The notes: generated by a model from the letters alone, not told the origin. A stretch of DNA of 64,000 bases from Mustelus asterias (GCF_964213995.1 NC_135807.1:73718001-73782000); one strand, 5' to 3'; counted from the first letter of the stretch, positions 25,976 to 38,662 are shown. Numbers and translations: made by a program.

Positions 25976-27269
25976 TATTTGCTACCAAATAAATCTGTTG
26001 GACTTTAACCTGGTGTTGTGAGACTTCTTACCGTAATAAATGCATTCACAGAGATTGCAGTTAGAGAATTGGGGCTACACTGTAGTCATGCTAGCTCTAA
26101 GCATGACAGCCCCACTTGGAGCATGTGATTGCAGAATCCCTCTTCAATGTATTGGCATTAAATTTGGGAGATATTTGGTGTACACCACGGGGGTCTTGTC
26201 CCAGGTTGAGCAAATCTCAGGGGAAGAAATTGAGGAACACTTTGGCGCTGGTGACCGTTCAAGCTGGCAGTGGGGGTTACTGGCGAAGCTGAGAGAGTCA
26301 AGATTTGGGGGCGAGGGGTTAATGGTGGAGGGCATTGTTGGCGAAGCTGTGAGATCCGCAGCCGGGAATAATGCAAACCTGCAAACATGCATGCGCAAAA
26401 TTTAAAGGTCTTAAGCAGTGTCCCAGCAACCTAAAACCCTGGATATGCGACAACTGCCTCAATGATGGGACAATTCTATGAAATCCAGAACAGTTGGTCA
26501 CCCTTACCGCTGGCTACAGAACAGGTGAGACTAGCCCCTCATCACGTCTTTGCAGGAAGGCTTGTCCTATTAACTTCCAAACTTCCAATTAACTGCCAGA
26601 GGAAAGCCTTCCAATGCTATTTCTCAATCAGGCTCTGAGTGCCTTTGAATGAGGCTCCTTCTCCCACACTGGGACCTGCAAAACCCTGACAGGGTTTGCT
26701 TCTTAAACTTTCCATCACCCAGTGGCGAGTCCACCACCCAGTGGTGGCAAGATGAAGCCCTTAAGTGGGCATTAATTTTGTCATTTAATCCCACCTGTCA
26801 TCTACCCTATCACAGACCTTCTCCTGTGTTCTTTCTCCTTTCACCTCATCCCTTTCCCTCCTTCTGTACTTGCTTAAACCCTGTTATATCTTTATATTGA
26901 ACTTCTCCCAATCCCAATGAAAGGTGACTGACTTGAAACTTTAACTCTGTTTTTCTTTCCGCCGATGCTGCCTGACCTGCTGAATATTTCCAGCATCTAG
27001 TATTTGCTATTGTTGTAGAGGTTGTGTTAGGCAGAGCATACTGTTCATTGGGGCAGCTGATGATTTGATGCTGATGATCATAGGACTGTTCATCCGGGCA
27101 AAATTACACAGTTACTGAAGTTATTGATTGTCCACCAGTGGCTGCAAGTTAACCATTTTATGTTTCTCCTCCTCAATGTAAAGTCTTCAGATTGATTCTT
27201 CTTTGTTTTCCTATGGCTTCCCCTCTCTAGATTGTAACATTGTGTTGTTATTTAGAAACACAAAGGTTT

Positions 27270-29050
27270 ATTGTTTGGCCTATTATCCTCATTGTCCATG
27301 GCAGTGATAATGATCTGTCGAGTCTAATCCCAGCTCCCAGCTCTTGTTCCACGCAGCCCTGTGGTGATGGCTACATCTGAGTGCTTTTTAAATGTGATGA
27401 GGGTTTCTTCTTTTACCATCCTTTCTAGCAGTGAGTTCCAGACACCCACCACCATCTGAATGAAATAATTGCTCCTCAACTCCCCTCTATTCCTTCTACC
27501 AATTACTTTAAATCAATGACCCCTGTTTATTGACCTCTCTTCTAAAGGAAATAGATCCTGCTCATCCACCTTGTTTAGGCCTCTTATAATTTTATACATT
27601 TCAAGTGAAACGTCCCTCTACTTCCTCATTCTAAAAATACTGCCTATCCAAACTTTCCTCACAGTTAAAATTCTCCATTGCTGGCAATATCCTCGCTAAT
27701 CTCCTCTATCTTTTCTCATGCGCTTTTCTGCGCTGTATGATCAGATCTTTCTTGTAATGTAGTGATCAGATGTGTACGCAGTACTCTAGCTGTGGTCTAG
27801 ATGTCAATGAAATACCTGACACTGAGGCTTTCACCCAGCTGGCATGACATGCATCCACACCATATTCAGACAGTCACAACTGGCTTGGGCTAAGCAAATC
27901 ATCTATGGAGAGTTCAAGTCTGGGGTGCGCTCTCATGCTGGTCAAAGGAAGCACCATAAAGACGCACTGAAGAAGTTTCACTTCGGAGTTTTGATATTGA
28001 CTTCGGAAACTGGAAGAAATTCACCTATGATCGCCACACCTGGCACAACCAAATAGAAAAGGATGCGGCCTCCTTCAAAAGCAAGAAGCCGAGCATCAGA
28101 GACCAGGAGAAAACTCAAGGAGAGGAAACTCTGAGCCAGCAGCTCGTCCAAAGCTCAATTGTTTGTGCTATCCTTTACCAGCTACAGTGGGACCTTCCAG
28201 ACAGACCGGCCTTAGCTGTCGCCTACATACCCCACCAAACACACCAGGTTATAAATATAGTCATCTTCACCTTGAAGGATGAACAAAGCTGTTGTTTTGT
28301 ACAGTTCTAGCTTATCTCCCAGTTCTTACACTCTAGGCCTCGACCAATAAAGGCCTGCACCCATAGGTCTAGTTGACCAGCTTAACCAGCTGTCCTGTCA
28401 GAGATCTGTGGGCATACACTCCAAGGTCCTTATGTTCCTCTAAACCTCTCCAAATCCTATCATTTATTCTATATTCACTTGCTTTGTTTGTCCTTCCCAA
28501 ATGCTCCCACTTCTCCTGAATGAATTCCATTTGTCATTTTCTACCCACCTGACCAGTTATTGATATCTTCCTGCAGTCGACAGCTTCCTTCCTCATTGTC
28601 AACCACACAGTTAATTTTTGCATTCATCTCCAAACTTTTATATCCTGCCCCCTACAATTAAGTTGAATCATTGACTTATAGTACTGCAGAAATCAAGGGA
28701 TCAGTATTTTTAAAATTCATTTTATGGGATGTGGGCGTTGCCACTGGCCAGCATTTATTGCTCATCCCTAATTGCCCTTCAGTATTGAGCGCTCTGGAAC
28801 CCAATGGAAACAGCCTTCCAGTCAAAAACACATTTGTTTACCATTACCCTTTGCTTCCTCTTCTGAGACCATTTGGATCCAACTTGCTACTTTCTTTTGG
28901 ATCTTGTGAGTTTTTAATTTTCTGACCTGTATGCCACATGGGAGCTTTTCAGAAGCCTTGCTAAAATCCTTGCAGGCAACTTCAAACATGTTACCCTATA
29001 ACCCTTCCTTGTTATCTCCTCAAAACATTCAATCAAGTGAGCCAGATATG
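27270..29050 (-). mobile_element. Old CR1 remnant interrupted by an RTE fragment and a short LINE-B tail
   Basis: Decayed CR1 3' region and RT (KFGDEC..INCV near 28610-28635). Confidence 0.65.
27800..28285 (+). mobile_element. RTE-clade LINE 3' fragment
   Basis: QSQLAWAKQIIYGEFKSGVRSHAGQRKHHKDALKK, a typical RTE ORF C-terminus. Confidence 0.75.
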
Positions 29051-29719
29051 ACCTTGGGGTAAATTTCGAAGGGGGTTCTCTTCCTCATTGGCTGTAACAT
29101 CAGCAGAGGAGTCACAGAAACCTTGGAAAAACAGAATAAACAACTTGCACGCTGTTTATGACCTTTTTTCCCAAGGCATCCGTGGCTGCAACGGCAACTA
29201 TCAACAACAAGTAATACTTAGACAATGCAGATGCAGCTTTGCGAAAAACAAACATGAAATATGAAACACAAATCCTAAGCTGCTAATTGCACAATAAACA
29301 GTCAAGCTTCTAAAGGCCAGAATCCCAGCTGCACACATTTTCTAAAGGCAAACTGCAATGGAAGATTGAGCAGATGAAAAGATCACTGTTTTGGCTTGAA
29401 CCAATTTGCATGTTGTTCACTACAATTAAGCAATATAACACGGCTTATAAACAATCTGTGCAAAACCTCAAATGTTTTTCAAAAATTAGATCATTGAATA
29501 TACTTCTTTGAATATAATGCCTTGTGAATCAGGCACTTGGGCCCACTTGCCTGAGGCGTAAGGCTACTCTTGTAACATGTGGGTATACTCAAAAGAATTA
29601 TACATAATTAAATCACCCCTTGAAAGTACTCCACACCATGTTGATGTTTCCTTTAGTTTCAATTAATGTAGCTTCAAAAATTCAAAAAATGGATTTCTCC
29701 CTACGTTATTTATGTCAGA

Positions 29720-31045
29720 TTTGGCTCAACGTGCACTCTTGCCTGAGTCAGAGGATTGTGGGATTCAGGTGCCCCTCCAGAGTCTTCTGCTCACAGTTTT
29801 GACGAACAGATCTGTGCAGCATTGAGGCAGTGCTACACTGCTGGTCTTTCAATGAGACATTGGGTGGAATTCTTCCAAACAAAATCTAAGGGTGGGATTC
29901 TTCGGCCATTCACGCCAGTGGGATTCGTCCATCTTGCTACTCCTCCTGCAATCCTCCCACACTCACTTTTGGAAAGTTGGGAGTTTTGCACCGGTGCTGG
30001 GGGGGGGGTTGGGTAATCACACCGGTGAGCACAGCTTCAAAGCGCACTGGTGCTGTTTCACAAAGGCACCCTGATCTCACAGTGCGGTTGGAGATGCCTT
30101 CCTTCCCCCCACGGACATCGGGACCCAACCCCTCATTGGAAGCATGTGTCCCCACCCCCTCCTTGACACAGGGTGCCGACATTGGGGCATTGACCCCTGA
30201 CATGCCCCCCCCATCATGCCCCCTGACTTGCACCCCAGCATGATCCACAACGTGCCTCCCCATCATGACGCCCCCTGCATAGCCCCCCTGTCATCGCCCC
30301 CACTCAGGCTCCACTCCCTCAGCACTGCCCCTTGCACACTGACTGTGCCAGCTGAGGTGGCCATTGCCAGGGTATCCAGTGGCCACTGCCGGGGTGTCTG
30401 GTGACCACTGTTGAGGTGTCTGGTGGGCACTGCCATTGTGCCAGGTGGGCACTGCCCAATGGGCAATGTTCAGCCATCTCCCTGACCACCCGGGGACTTC
30501 AAAAACCTCTGAGACCCCAGCGTGACCATCGTGCCAAGTCTCCACTGATGGAGACCAGCAGTGATTCTCACCGTTATCGTGTCGTGCCCGAAAGCCGGAG
30601 AATTCTGTGTGCTGGGAGTTGAACAGGCTATGCGTATTTAAATGCTACTGTAAATATGCTAATCGATCTGGTTTGCTCCATTAGAAAGGGGCTGAGGGAA
30701 TCGCAAACTGCTGCTGGGCACGAAACCGATTTTTAGGCCCTTATGCTACTGTTCAGGATCAACGCGATCTGCACCAGGCGAGGTTGGAGAATCACCCCCA
30801 TAATAAAAGGAATTTCTACCCCCGAGGTGGCTATAAAAGATCCAATTGCACAATCTGAAGAAAAGCAAGGAAATTCTCCTGATACCCTGGTCAATGGATT
30901 ATCCAGTTATTTATCTCATTGATGTATTTGGGATGTTGCCTGCTGTGTTTCTCGACATTACAACAGTTCACAATAATTCAATTGGCAATGAAATGCTTCG
31001 GGATAGCCTGAGGTCATGGGTCATGAAAAGTGTTACATGAGTGGT
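29720..31045 (+). mobile_element. Deu-domain SINE split by a Harbinger-type MITE
   Basis: Head and GTCTTTCAATGAGAC end at 29861; GGTGGCTATAAAAGATCC..GAAGAAAAGCAAGG resumes after 30800. Confidence 0.65.
29862..30799. mobile_element. Harbinger-type MITE
   Basis: TIR-like GGGTGGAATTCTTCC / GGAGAATCACCCCC; C-rich interior like 10539-11799. Confidence 0.7.
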
Positions 31046-31156
31046 TATTGATTTAATGGTAAATCTTTATCTTTTTCACTTCGCAATACATGAGGGAAAT
31101 TAATTTGTAATGCTTCACTCATTTATGGGTTAGAGGCAAACTTATTTTGTTAATAG

Positions 31157-31324
31157 TGGCAATAGGCTAAAATTGACAGCATGGGAGAAAGTTGGAACGA
31201 GGATGATATGAAAGAATGTCTGCGTCCTGATATAAAAAACGACCTTTTCCGGAGTGAAAGTTCAAATAGGAGCAAAGATGTCTGTAAAGGATCACATGAG
31301 AATGAGCAATGGCTTGAGATCAAG
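31157..31324 (+). CDS. Candidate host exon, unidentified (MGESWNEDDMKECLRPDIKNDLFRSESSNRSKDVCKGSHENEQWLEIK)
   Basis: Acceptor TTATTTTGTTAATAG, Kozak-like AGCATGG at 31181, 48 open codons, donor AAG/GTACTG; unique sequence, no recognised homology. Confidence 0.3.
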
Positions 31325-33399
31325 GTACTGTAATTGTAAAAATGTTTGCCCTGAAATGACTCTTTTGGATTTGCAGTGTAACAACACTAAACTCCTCTGG
31401 AACACCGATAACCCAGATGTGTGCTTACAATGGGGTTTCCAGTCAGTTGGGGGGTGAATTGGGGGTGGCGGGGGGGGGGGGGGGGGGGGGGTTGGCGAGG
31501 ATGGCCATTGGTGGCACCTCAATCTGAGCCAAAAAAAAGCCACTGACCTGATGAGGAGGGGTTCTGAGGTTGAGGAATTTCTGTATTGAGTGTTCCCATT
31601 TCCTCAGCCTCAAAGTGACCTGGCATAAATTTGAGGCTGGCATGCTAAGTGAGATGGAGTCTATCAGGCCTACCAAGGAATTCAGAACAGGATGGGAACC
31701 TGAACCACCCGAAACAAGTTCAAAAGATTAATTATAGCATAGACCCCTTTACTAAATGGGGAGCTGTATTAAATCTTCTCGGGGGCGAAGGGCAAAACAG
31801 ATACATCCCCTGGAAGGCAAAAGCTGCCGGTCTTTCCAGTTTTTGTTTGGAGCCTTTGAGCAACTTGGATGTGATCTCGATGGTGCAAGTGTCAGCTGGC
31901 AGAACTTATGTAGGGTGAACCACCTGCCAATGGCAAAGGTTATTCATGGACATGACTGTGACATGTGTTCAGATTGCAGCCCCAAATTACTTTCTAGCTA
32001 AGCTATTGTAAAACTCAGTATTATAAATGCATTATGTATGTTGGTTCAATAATTTCTATTTCTTTCAACCTTTATTTTACTCGAAAACATTTATGTTGTT
32101 TCCTCAAATGCAGAGTTTGTTTCTGAATTTGGAGCACTGAATGGAGGGACAGAGGCATAGGTGCTCTATTCCCAACTTCCTGATGGCTGCGTTACCAAAT
32201 TTAAATAATACCAAATATACAAGGGGATTTGAGTAGGACCCAGTAATTTGGTGTCCTTTCTAAAGTTTCCAGCCTGTAGTCTTCAGTTTCAATCGATATT
32301 CAGCTTCAAAAAAAGGCAGGGAATAGAGGAAAACAGACCCCGTAGAGGCAAAAAGCCTTTAGTTTAGAAAGATGTCATGTGTCAGTGCAGGCTTGGTGGG
32401 CAGGGGGCCTGTCCCTGTGCTGCGCTGTTCTTTGTTCTTCATCAAAGGAAAAATTAATTGACCTTTCCAGTAGATGAGAGTTACAATAGTTCTTGGACAG
32501 TTGACAGATGTGGAATGCTTCACCATCCTATGGAGGGAAAATTGATTTGAGCATTGCAGAAGAAAAAACTGCAGTCAACTGACCACAGCACAGCACAACA
32601 CAGTGGAGACAACATCTGTGGAGAAGTCCCTGTCTCCTGTCCTTCTGAGGGCTGAAGTAAAATATATGACAATGGAAGGTAAAAGTCTGTACATGGCAGG
32701 TAGAAGTACAGAAGAAAATTATATCTGGGACACTTAATGGAAAAATGTGCATAAAACAAACAGGGGCAATCTACATTACCTGTCAGTGATCTAACCTATG
32801 TAAAGTCCTAATGTCAGAGTCCATTAAACTTTACACAATTTACAAGATGCTCGTGTTGTTAACCATATGTTTCTGTTTATTCAGTGGAGTAAAAATTAAG
32901 TGAAGGCAACTGATTTATGATATGTGTCAGTGTTTTGCCTGGTTTAGTTGTTACGAAAAATACAAAATGTTCATAAAATTTGTAAATTCAACAAACTAAT
33001 TATTAATCTTTAAGTGAACAATTGGTATCTGGAGCTGGGAAAGCAGAATAACCATGGAAAGTTATAGCATAGGAGGCACCATTCGACCAGTCAGGCTTTG
33101 CCGGCTCTTTGCAACAGCAGTCACTCTGATTCGCCCATCCCTGTTGTCTGTCCCTAATTTGGTGAGTTCCTCATTCTCAAGTACCCATCCAACACACTTT
33201 AGAACTTATTTATGGAATCAGCTTCCACCACCTTTCCAGTTAAAGCGTTCCAAATCCTCACTAAAACCCCAAGTGAAAGACATTCTCATCTCCCCTCTAG
33301 ATCTTTTATCAATGATTTGAAATCCATGACCTCTGGTTATTGGCCCACTTACCATAAGGAGTCCTGTCACCATCTTGGAACCCTCTGTGGGGAAAGAAG

Positions 33400-33820
33400 C
33401 ATTTTAGGCCTATACTCTCTGGAATTTAGAAGAATGAGGGGAGACCAAATTGAGGTGATGAAAGGTATGGATAAAGTAGACGTGGAGCGGATGCTTTCGC
33501 TGGTGGGGCATTCTAGGATGAGAGGTCATAGTTTTAGGATAAGGGGTAGCAAATTTAAAACAGAGTTGAGGAGAAACTACTTCTTCCAAAGGATTGTGAA
33601 TCCGTGGAATTCGCTACCCCAAAGAAGAGTGGATGCTGGGACAGTGAGTAAATTTAAGGAGGAGTTAAACAGATTTTTAATTGGTAATGGGTTGAAAGAT
33701 TATGGAGAGAAGGCAGGAAAATGGGGATGAGGAGCATAATCAGCCATGATCGAATGGCGGTGTGCACTCGATGGGCTGAATGGCCCAATTCTGCTCCTAT
33801 ATCTTATGAACTTATGAACA
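33400..33820 (+). mobile_element. CR1 LINE 3' fragment
   Basis: LGLYSLEFRRMRGD..RGHSFRIRG..RRNYFFQRIVNPWNSLP; (TTATGAAC)n tail. Confidence 0.92.
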
Positions 33821-33821
33821 T

Positions 33822-34140
33822 AGTGGTAACACTACTGGACTAGTAAACCAAAGGCCTGGATACTTGTTGTGAAGACATCAGCTCCAATCCCACTGGAGGA
33901 ATTTAAAGTCTTTGAATTAAAGAGTCTGGAAGAAGAGGCTAGTTTCATCAATAATGATCATGAAACTACCAGATTGTCATAAAAAAACCCATTTGGTTCT
34001 GGGAAGGAAATCTGCTGTCAATGCCTGGTCTGGCCTACACGTGACTCCAGATTCACAGCAATGTGGTTGACTCATAAACTGCCGCTCTGGAATGGCCTAC
34101 CAACTCATTCTGTAGTAGGCAGCTCACCATCACTTACTCA
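33822..34140 (+). mobile_element. tRNA-head SINE with LINE-B-type tail
   Basis: TAGTGGTAACACTACTGGACTAGTAA head; GGAAGGAAATCTGC..GTGACTCCAGA..AATGTGGTTGACTC core. Confidence 0.65.
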
Positions 34141-34194
34141 CATCTCTAGGAAAACAGAAAAGAAATGAGGTCAACTCAATTTTCTCTGTTCCAA

Positions 34195-34440
34195 TGAGAT
34201 GGTAGTGAATCTGTGGAATTCTTGACCATAGAGGGCTATACAGACTGGGTCGTTAGTTATGTTCAAGGCTGAGATAGATAGATTTTAACCAGTAAAGGAA
34301 TAAATAAGGGTTATGGAAATAAGGTGGAAAAGTGGAGTTGGGGATTATCATGTCATATCAGATCAGTCATGATCGCATTGAAAGGCAGAGCAAACCCGAT
34401 GGGCCGAATGGCCTCATTCTGCTCCTACATCTTATGGTCA
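34195..34440 (+). mobile_element. CR1 3' fragment
   Basis: VVNLWNS..; GATGGGCCGAATGGCCTCATTCTGCTCCT. Confidence 0.8.
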
Positions 34441-34664
34441 ATTCTAACTTTCCCAATCTGCCCTCTCAACTGAATTTCTTTATAATATTGTTGTTATAGA
34501 AAAGTTATAAAAAGTAAAATATGTATTTAATTAATTATAATGCAATTGCTAGTTGATGTGAGATCACACACAATCATTGAGCATTGCTTCATTCCATGGC
34601 CTTGGCTTCATCCATCTTCGGTGCAAAATTCACAAAGTTAGCAACTTTTCATACTTTTGCGTTC

Positions 34665-35480
34665 TTTCATAGAATGTGGATGTTACTGGCTAGGTCAGCA
34701 ATTGTTGCCCATCCCTAATTGTCCTTGAGAAGGTGGTGATGAACTGCCATCTTGAACTGATGCAGTCTATGTAGTGTCAGTACACCCACAGGCTGTTAGG
34801 AAGAGAGTTCTAGAATTTTGACCCAGCAACAGTGAAGGAACAATGAGATAGTTCCAAGTTAGGATGGTATGTAGTTTTGATGGGAACTTGCCAGTTGTAG
34901 TGTTCTTCTGCCCATTTTCTAGGTGGGACAGGTTATGGGTTTGAAGGTGCTTAAATATTTGTTGCATCTTGGAAATGGTATACTCTGCTGCCACTCTGCA
35001 TTGGTAGTGGAAGGAGTGAACATTTAAGATGGTGGAAGGGGTGCCAATCAAGTGGGCTGCTTTGTCCTGCCTGGTGTCGAGCTTCTTGAGTGTTGATGGA
35101 TCTGAAGATGGATTAAACCAGGACCATGGAATGAAGCAGTACCCAATGATTGTGTGTGTGATCTCACATCAGCTAGTAATTGCTGATACATATTTTACTT
35201 TTTGATCATTCAGGCAAGTGGAGAGTATTCTACGCACTCCTGACTTCTGCCTTGTAGATGGTGTTCAATCTCTGGGGAGTCAGGAGGTGAGGTACTCATG
35301 CAGGATTCCCAGCCTCTGTCTTGCTCTTGTAGCTATAGTATTTATATGGCGAGTCCAGTTTAGTTTCTGGCCCGGATGTTGATTGTTGGGGATTTAGTGA
35401 TGGCAATGCCATTGAATGTCAAAGGGAGATGGTTAGATTTTCTCTTAGTGGAGATGGTCATTACATAACACTTGTGTGCT
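34665..35480 (-). mobile_element. LINE family B 3' remnant containing a foreign inverted insert (35104-35202)
   Basis: Collinear with other family B copies on both sides of the insert. Confidence 0.8.
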
Positions 35481-36020
35481 GTGGATGTCCCTTGCCGTAA
35501 AAGTGTAGGTTGCACAGTAATTTGGACTCCTTGTGCGGGGGCAGTTGGCTGATCGACCAATGCACGGGCTTTGATCCTTGTTCCAGTTGGGGTGGATTTG
35601 AGACCTACGTCCTTGACCTACCTTGTGGCGCTGTGGGCCTTCAAGCAACGGAATGAAGAAGTTTCCAATTCTACTTTTGCAGAGAGTGATCCTTTAAATT
35701 TAAGTAGCCTAAAAACCTGTTTAAATGATCATTAATCTGATATTTCAATTTTACATTTGTTTTAAAACTTCAGCTAGTAGTAGAGAGACCAGCCCAGCCA
35801 GCACACTATTGCCAGTAATCTACATTCTGTCATAAATGTTCCTGATCACACACAGTTAACAATGGAACATCTTCAGGAGTCTTCTATCGTGGAAAATCTA
35901 GTCACCACGTTGAGTTGAACTGGCCCATTCAGAATTGAAAGGTTTCCAGTTTCATTGATCGTTCAGTGTTGAACGAGTTGCTTAAAGCTGTGGTAGCGAT
36001 GGTGGAAACTGTAACTGAGT

Positions 36021-36338
36021 GGCACGGTAGCACAGTGGTTAGCACTGCTGCTTCACAGCTCCAGGGTCCCGGGTTCGATTCCCGGCTCGGGTCACTGTCT
36101 GTGTGGAGTTTGCACATTCTCCTCGTGTCTGCATGGGTTTCCTCCGGGTGCTCCGGTTTCCTCCCACAGTCCAAAGATGTGCAGGTTAGGTTGATTGGCC
36201 AGGTTAAAATTGCCCCTGAGATGCGTAGGTTAGAGGGATTAGCGGGTAAGTATGTGGGGGTAGGGCCTGGGTGGGATTGTGGTCGTTGCAGACTCGATGG
36301 GCCGAATGGCCTCCTTCTGCACTGTAGGGTTTCTATGA
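36021..36338 (+). mobile_element. HE1-type V-SINE
   Basis: Near-identical to 17287-17641. Confidence 0.92.
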
Positions 36339-36699
36339 CTTCAGCATCCCTTGGCTAGGAAGGGAAAAAACTAAGTCAACCTGTTTTACTTCTCACAATC
36401 TATATAAAAACAGGAGAGGATTTGTTGGGATCCAGAGCATGCTTTTAGATATGAACTTTAGACCCATGGCTCACGTGGTTTGTCTGAATTCCCAGCTCAG
36501 CCTGGCATGTGTCAGACAGAATTAAAGGAGCTGTGGAAATCCCATTTGTAAGTATCTGCTGATCAATGGCAACCAACAACTTGATGATTAGCAGAGATTA
36601 AAATCAGATGAAGATATTGGCCAAAGTCTCCATTAAGCCTTTCAAAATATCTATGCTGGACATCTCTTTTATCCTCACCCCACAACAGTACCACACTCA

Positions 36700-36890
36700 C
36701 TTTAGGGGAGAAAGTCTGCCGTCCTTACTTGGTCTGGCCTACAAGTGACTCCAGACCCACAGCAATGTGATTGACTCCTAACTGCCCTCTGAAATGGCCC
36801 AGCAAACCACTCAGTTCAAGGGCAATTGGGGATTGACAACAAATGCTGGCCCAGCCAGTGATGCCCACACCCCATAAAAGAATAAAATTA
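36700..36890 (+). mobile_element. 3' half of the tRNA-head SINE with LINE-B tail
   Basis: CTGCCGTCCTTACTTGGTCTGGCCTAC..GGGCAATTGGGGATTGACAACAAATGCTGGCC. Confidence 0.7.
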
Positions 36891-36944
36891 TTCTTTCACA
36901 GGCATTGCTGTCTGGGCCAGCATTTTTATTGCCCATCCCTAGGC

Positions 36945-37270
36945 AGAAAGAGAAAGAACTTGCATCAATGTCTTTCACATTCTCAGGATGTTCTAAAGTC
37001 CTTCACAGTCAGTGAAGCACAACTCAAATGTTATCATTGTTGTTTGTAAAAAAATGCTGACGTGAATTTGCAAGGTCCCACAAGCGAACATCATAATGCA
37101 ATCAACCAGTTAACATGGGCAAAATCCTTCACCTCTTTTTTGAAATCGCACCATAGATCCCACCTCAACAGATAGATGTAGCATTTGATATATTTTCTGA
37201 AAGACACAAATTTCAAGCAATGTTCTTTAGTACTTTAGTTCTTTAGTACTGCATCGAAGTGTTGACCTAA
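36945..37270 (-). mobile_element. Decayed Deu-domain SINE
   Basis: Reverse complement resembles 30800-31045 and 59400-59730. Confidence 0.5.
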
Positions 37271-37910
37271 TGTTAACGGTGCTAGCAATTGGCATTAAAA
37301 ACTCGGCACTTGCATGGAATCCAAAAATAATTCCCCTAATTAAGCAGATACAGTTGCTGCAAAAGCAACTTTCCAATTAGAGAAATTATTGTACTCCGAG
37401 ATGCCTTATCCCTTTCCAGTGAGGCCTGAGTGCTGATCCAGGGGCTTTTAGGTTTTAATCTTCAATATTGCCTGGGTTAGACTGAGAGGCACAGAACACA
37501 ATTGTTGCAAATGGATAGACCTGTACTCCACTGAGAGCAGACTTCATGCTTGACTGAGAAATCCCATACTCAAGGGAACAATGTCAACAAGGAGAAAAAT
37601 AACTGAGCCAAAGAAATCATGGATATATTTGCACACGTGTGTGTGTGTGTTACAAAAAAAATACAAGAGAGAAGAGCAAGCTGTGGAGGGGGGCAACTCT
37701 TAAAAATATTTGCAGCAGCTCTTTTGGAAGGCTAGAAATTCTGAAAATAGACAGCAATTTAAAACACAATCCAGGATTTCAGCGCTTTTTGGTGCTATTT
37801 GCAAAAGAACACTGTCAGTTCAGGATTTTTTTTAAAATGGCCTTTGTTTTCCTTCACAGATAAAGATAATTGATAATAATGGCAGAAAATGGAGGATGTG
37901 AAACTGTAGT

Positions 37911-38662
37911 TTACCGTGGTGGGCGGGGTAATGTTTTTATCCTTATTTGTTAGTCTATCTGTTTGTCTTGTTTGCCTATAAACAAAATACCTCAAAAACA
38001 AATGGACGGATTTAATGAAACTTGGTGCACAGTTAGGATATGGCCAAAGGAAAAACTGATTAGTTTTTGGCAAAGATTCGGATTTGATCCCGGAATTTTG
38101 TAAAAGATCTGGTAACACTGTGGGATAAGGTAAATTGACTTTTTTTTGGAATGTTGAGGGTTATTTTATTTGAAATGTTTTGGGTTATTTTATATCGAAT
38201 ATTGTGAATTGTCTCGGCTGCCTATGGTGGAATTTGTCAAAATTATCAAAATGCGAGCAGAGTTTTCAGAGCAGGTTGTTGGATGTGGACTGGCCCGTAG
38301 CCTCCTCAGTGAATTTGAAGCTCTTAATAATAAGATTTATTTTCAGCTTTATAGTTATAGAGCATCAAGCATTCAGAGACAAACCTCAAGGAAGAGCTTC
38401 GTAACGTTCGCCCCGTGTCTGTGTGGGTTTCCTTCCACAGTCTGAAAGAAGTACTTGTTAGGTGCGTTGGTCATGCTAAATTTTCCCTCAGTGTACCCTA
38501 ACAGGTACACTGAATGTGGCAACTGAGGGATTTTCACAGTAAACTTCATTGCAGTGTTAATGTAAGCCTACTTGTGACACTAATAAATAAACTTTAATTG
38601 TAATAATGTTGAGTTAACATAGCATAGTGGAGGTACATGCTTTACTGAGTGCCCTCTTATTT
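37911..38662 (+). mobile_element. Helentron-associated non-autonomous element (HINE/DINE-like) containing a V-SINE fragment at ~38407-38596
   Basis: GTAATGTTTTT..(GTTT/GTCT)n..ACGGATTTAATGAAACTTGGTG start and GGAGGTACATGCTTTACTGAGTGCCCTCT end resemble fish HINE architecture (recognised from memory). Confidence 0.5.

Larger units (their letters stand above)
25555..26033. mobile_element. Penelope-derived fold-back element (inverted pseudo-LTRs)
   Basis: Arms ~25592-25789 and ~25834-26031 are reverse complements with 2 mismatches seen; ~44-nt loop; TSD TAATAAAT(A/G)CAT at 25543-25554 and 26034-26045. Confidence 0.92.

Noticed and set aside
31462-31491. Long G or C homopolymers (also ~41901-41939, ~51818-51839, ~59865-59883)
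   Set aside because: Slippage tracts mostly within repeats, with lengths unreliable in assemblies; no evidence of function.
32461-32760. Possible exons on both strands (for example MLSPLCCAVLW on the minus strand)
   Set aside because: Weak or conflicting splice sites, stops in linking frames, no recognisable homology.
35482-35700. CpG-containing open segment next to the LINE-B remnant
   Set aside because: No recognisable protein in any frame and no consistent splice pair.
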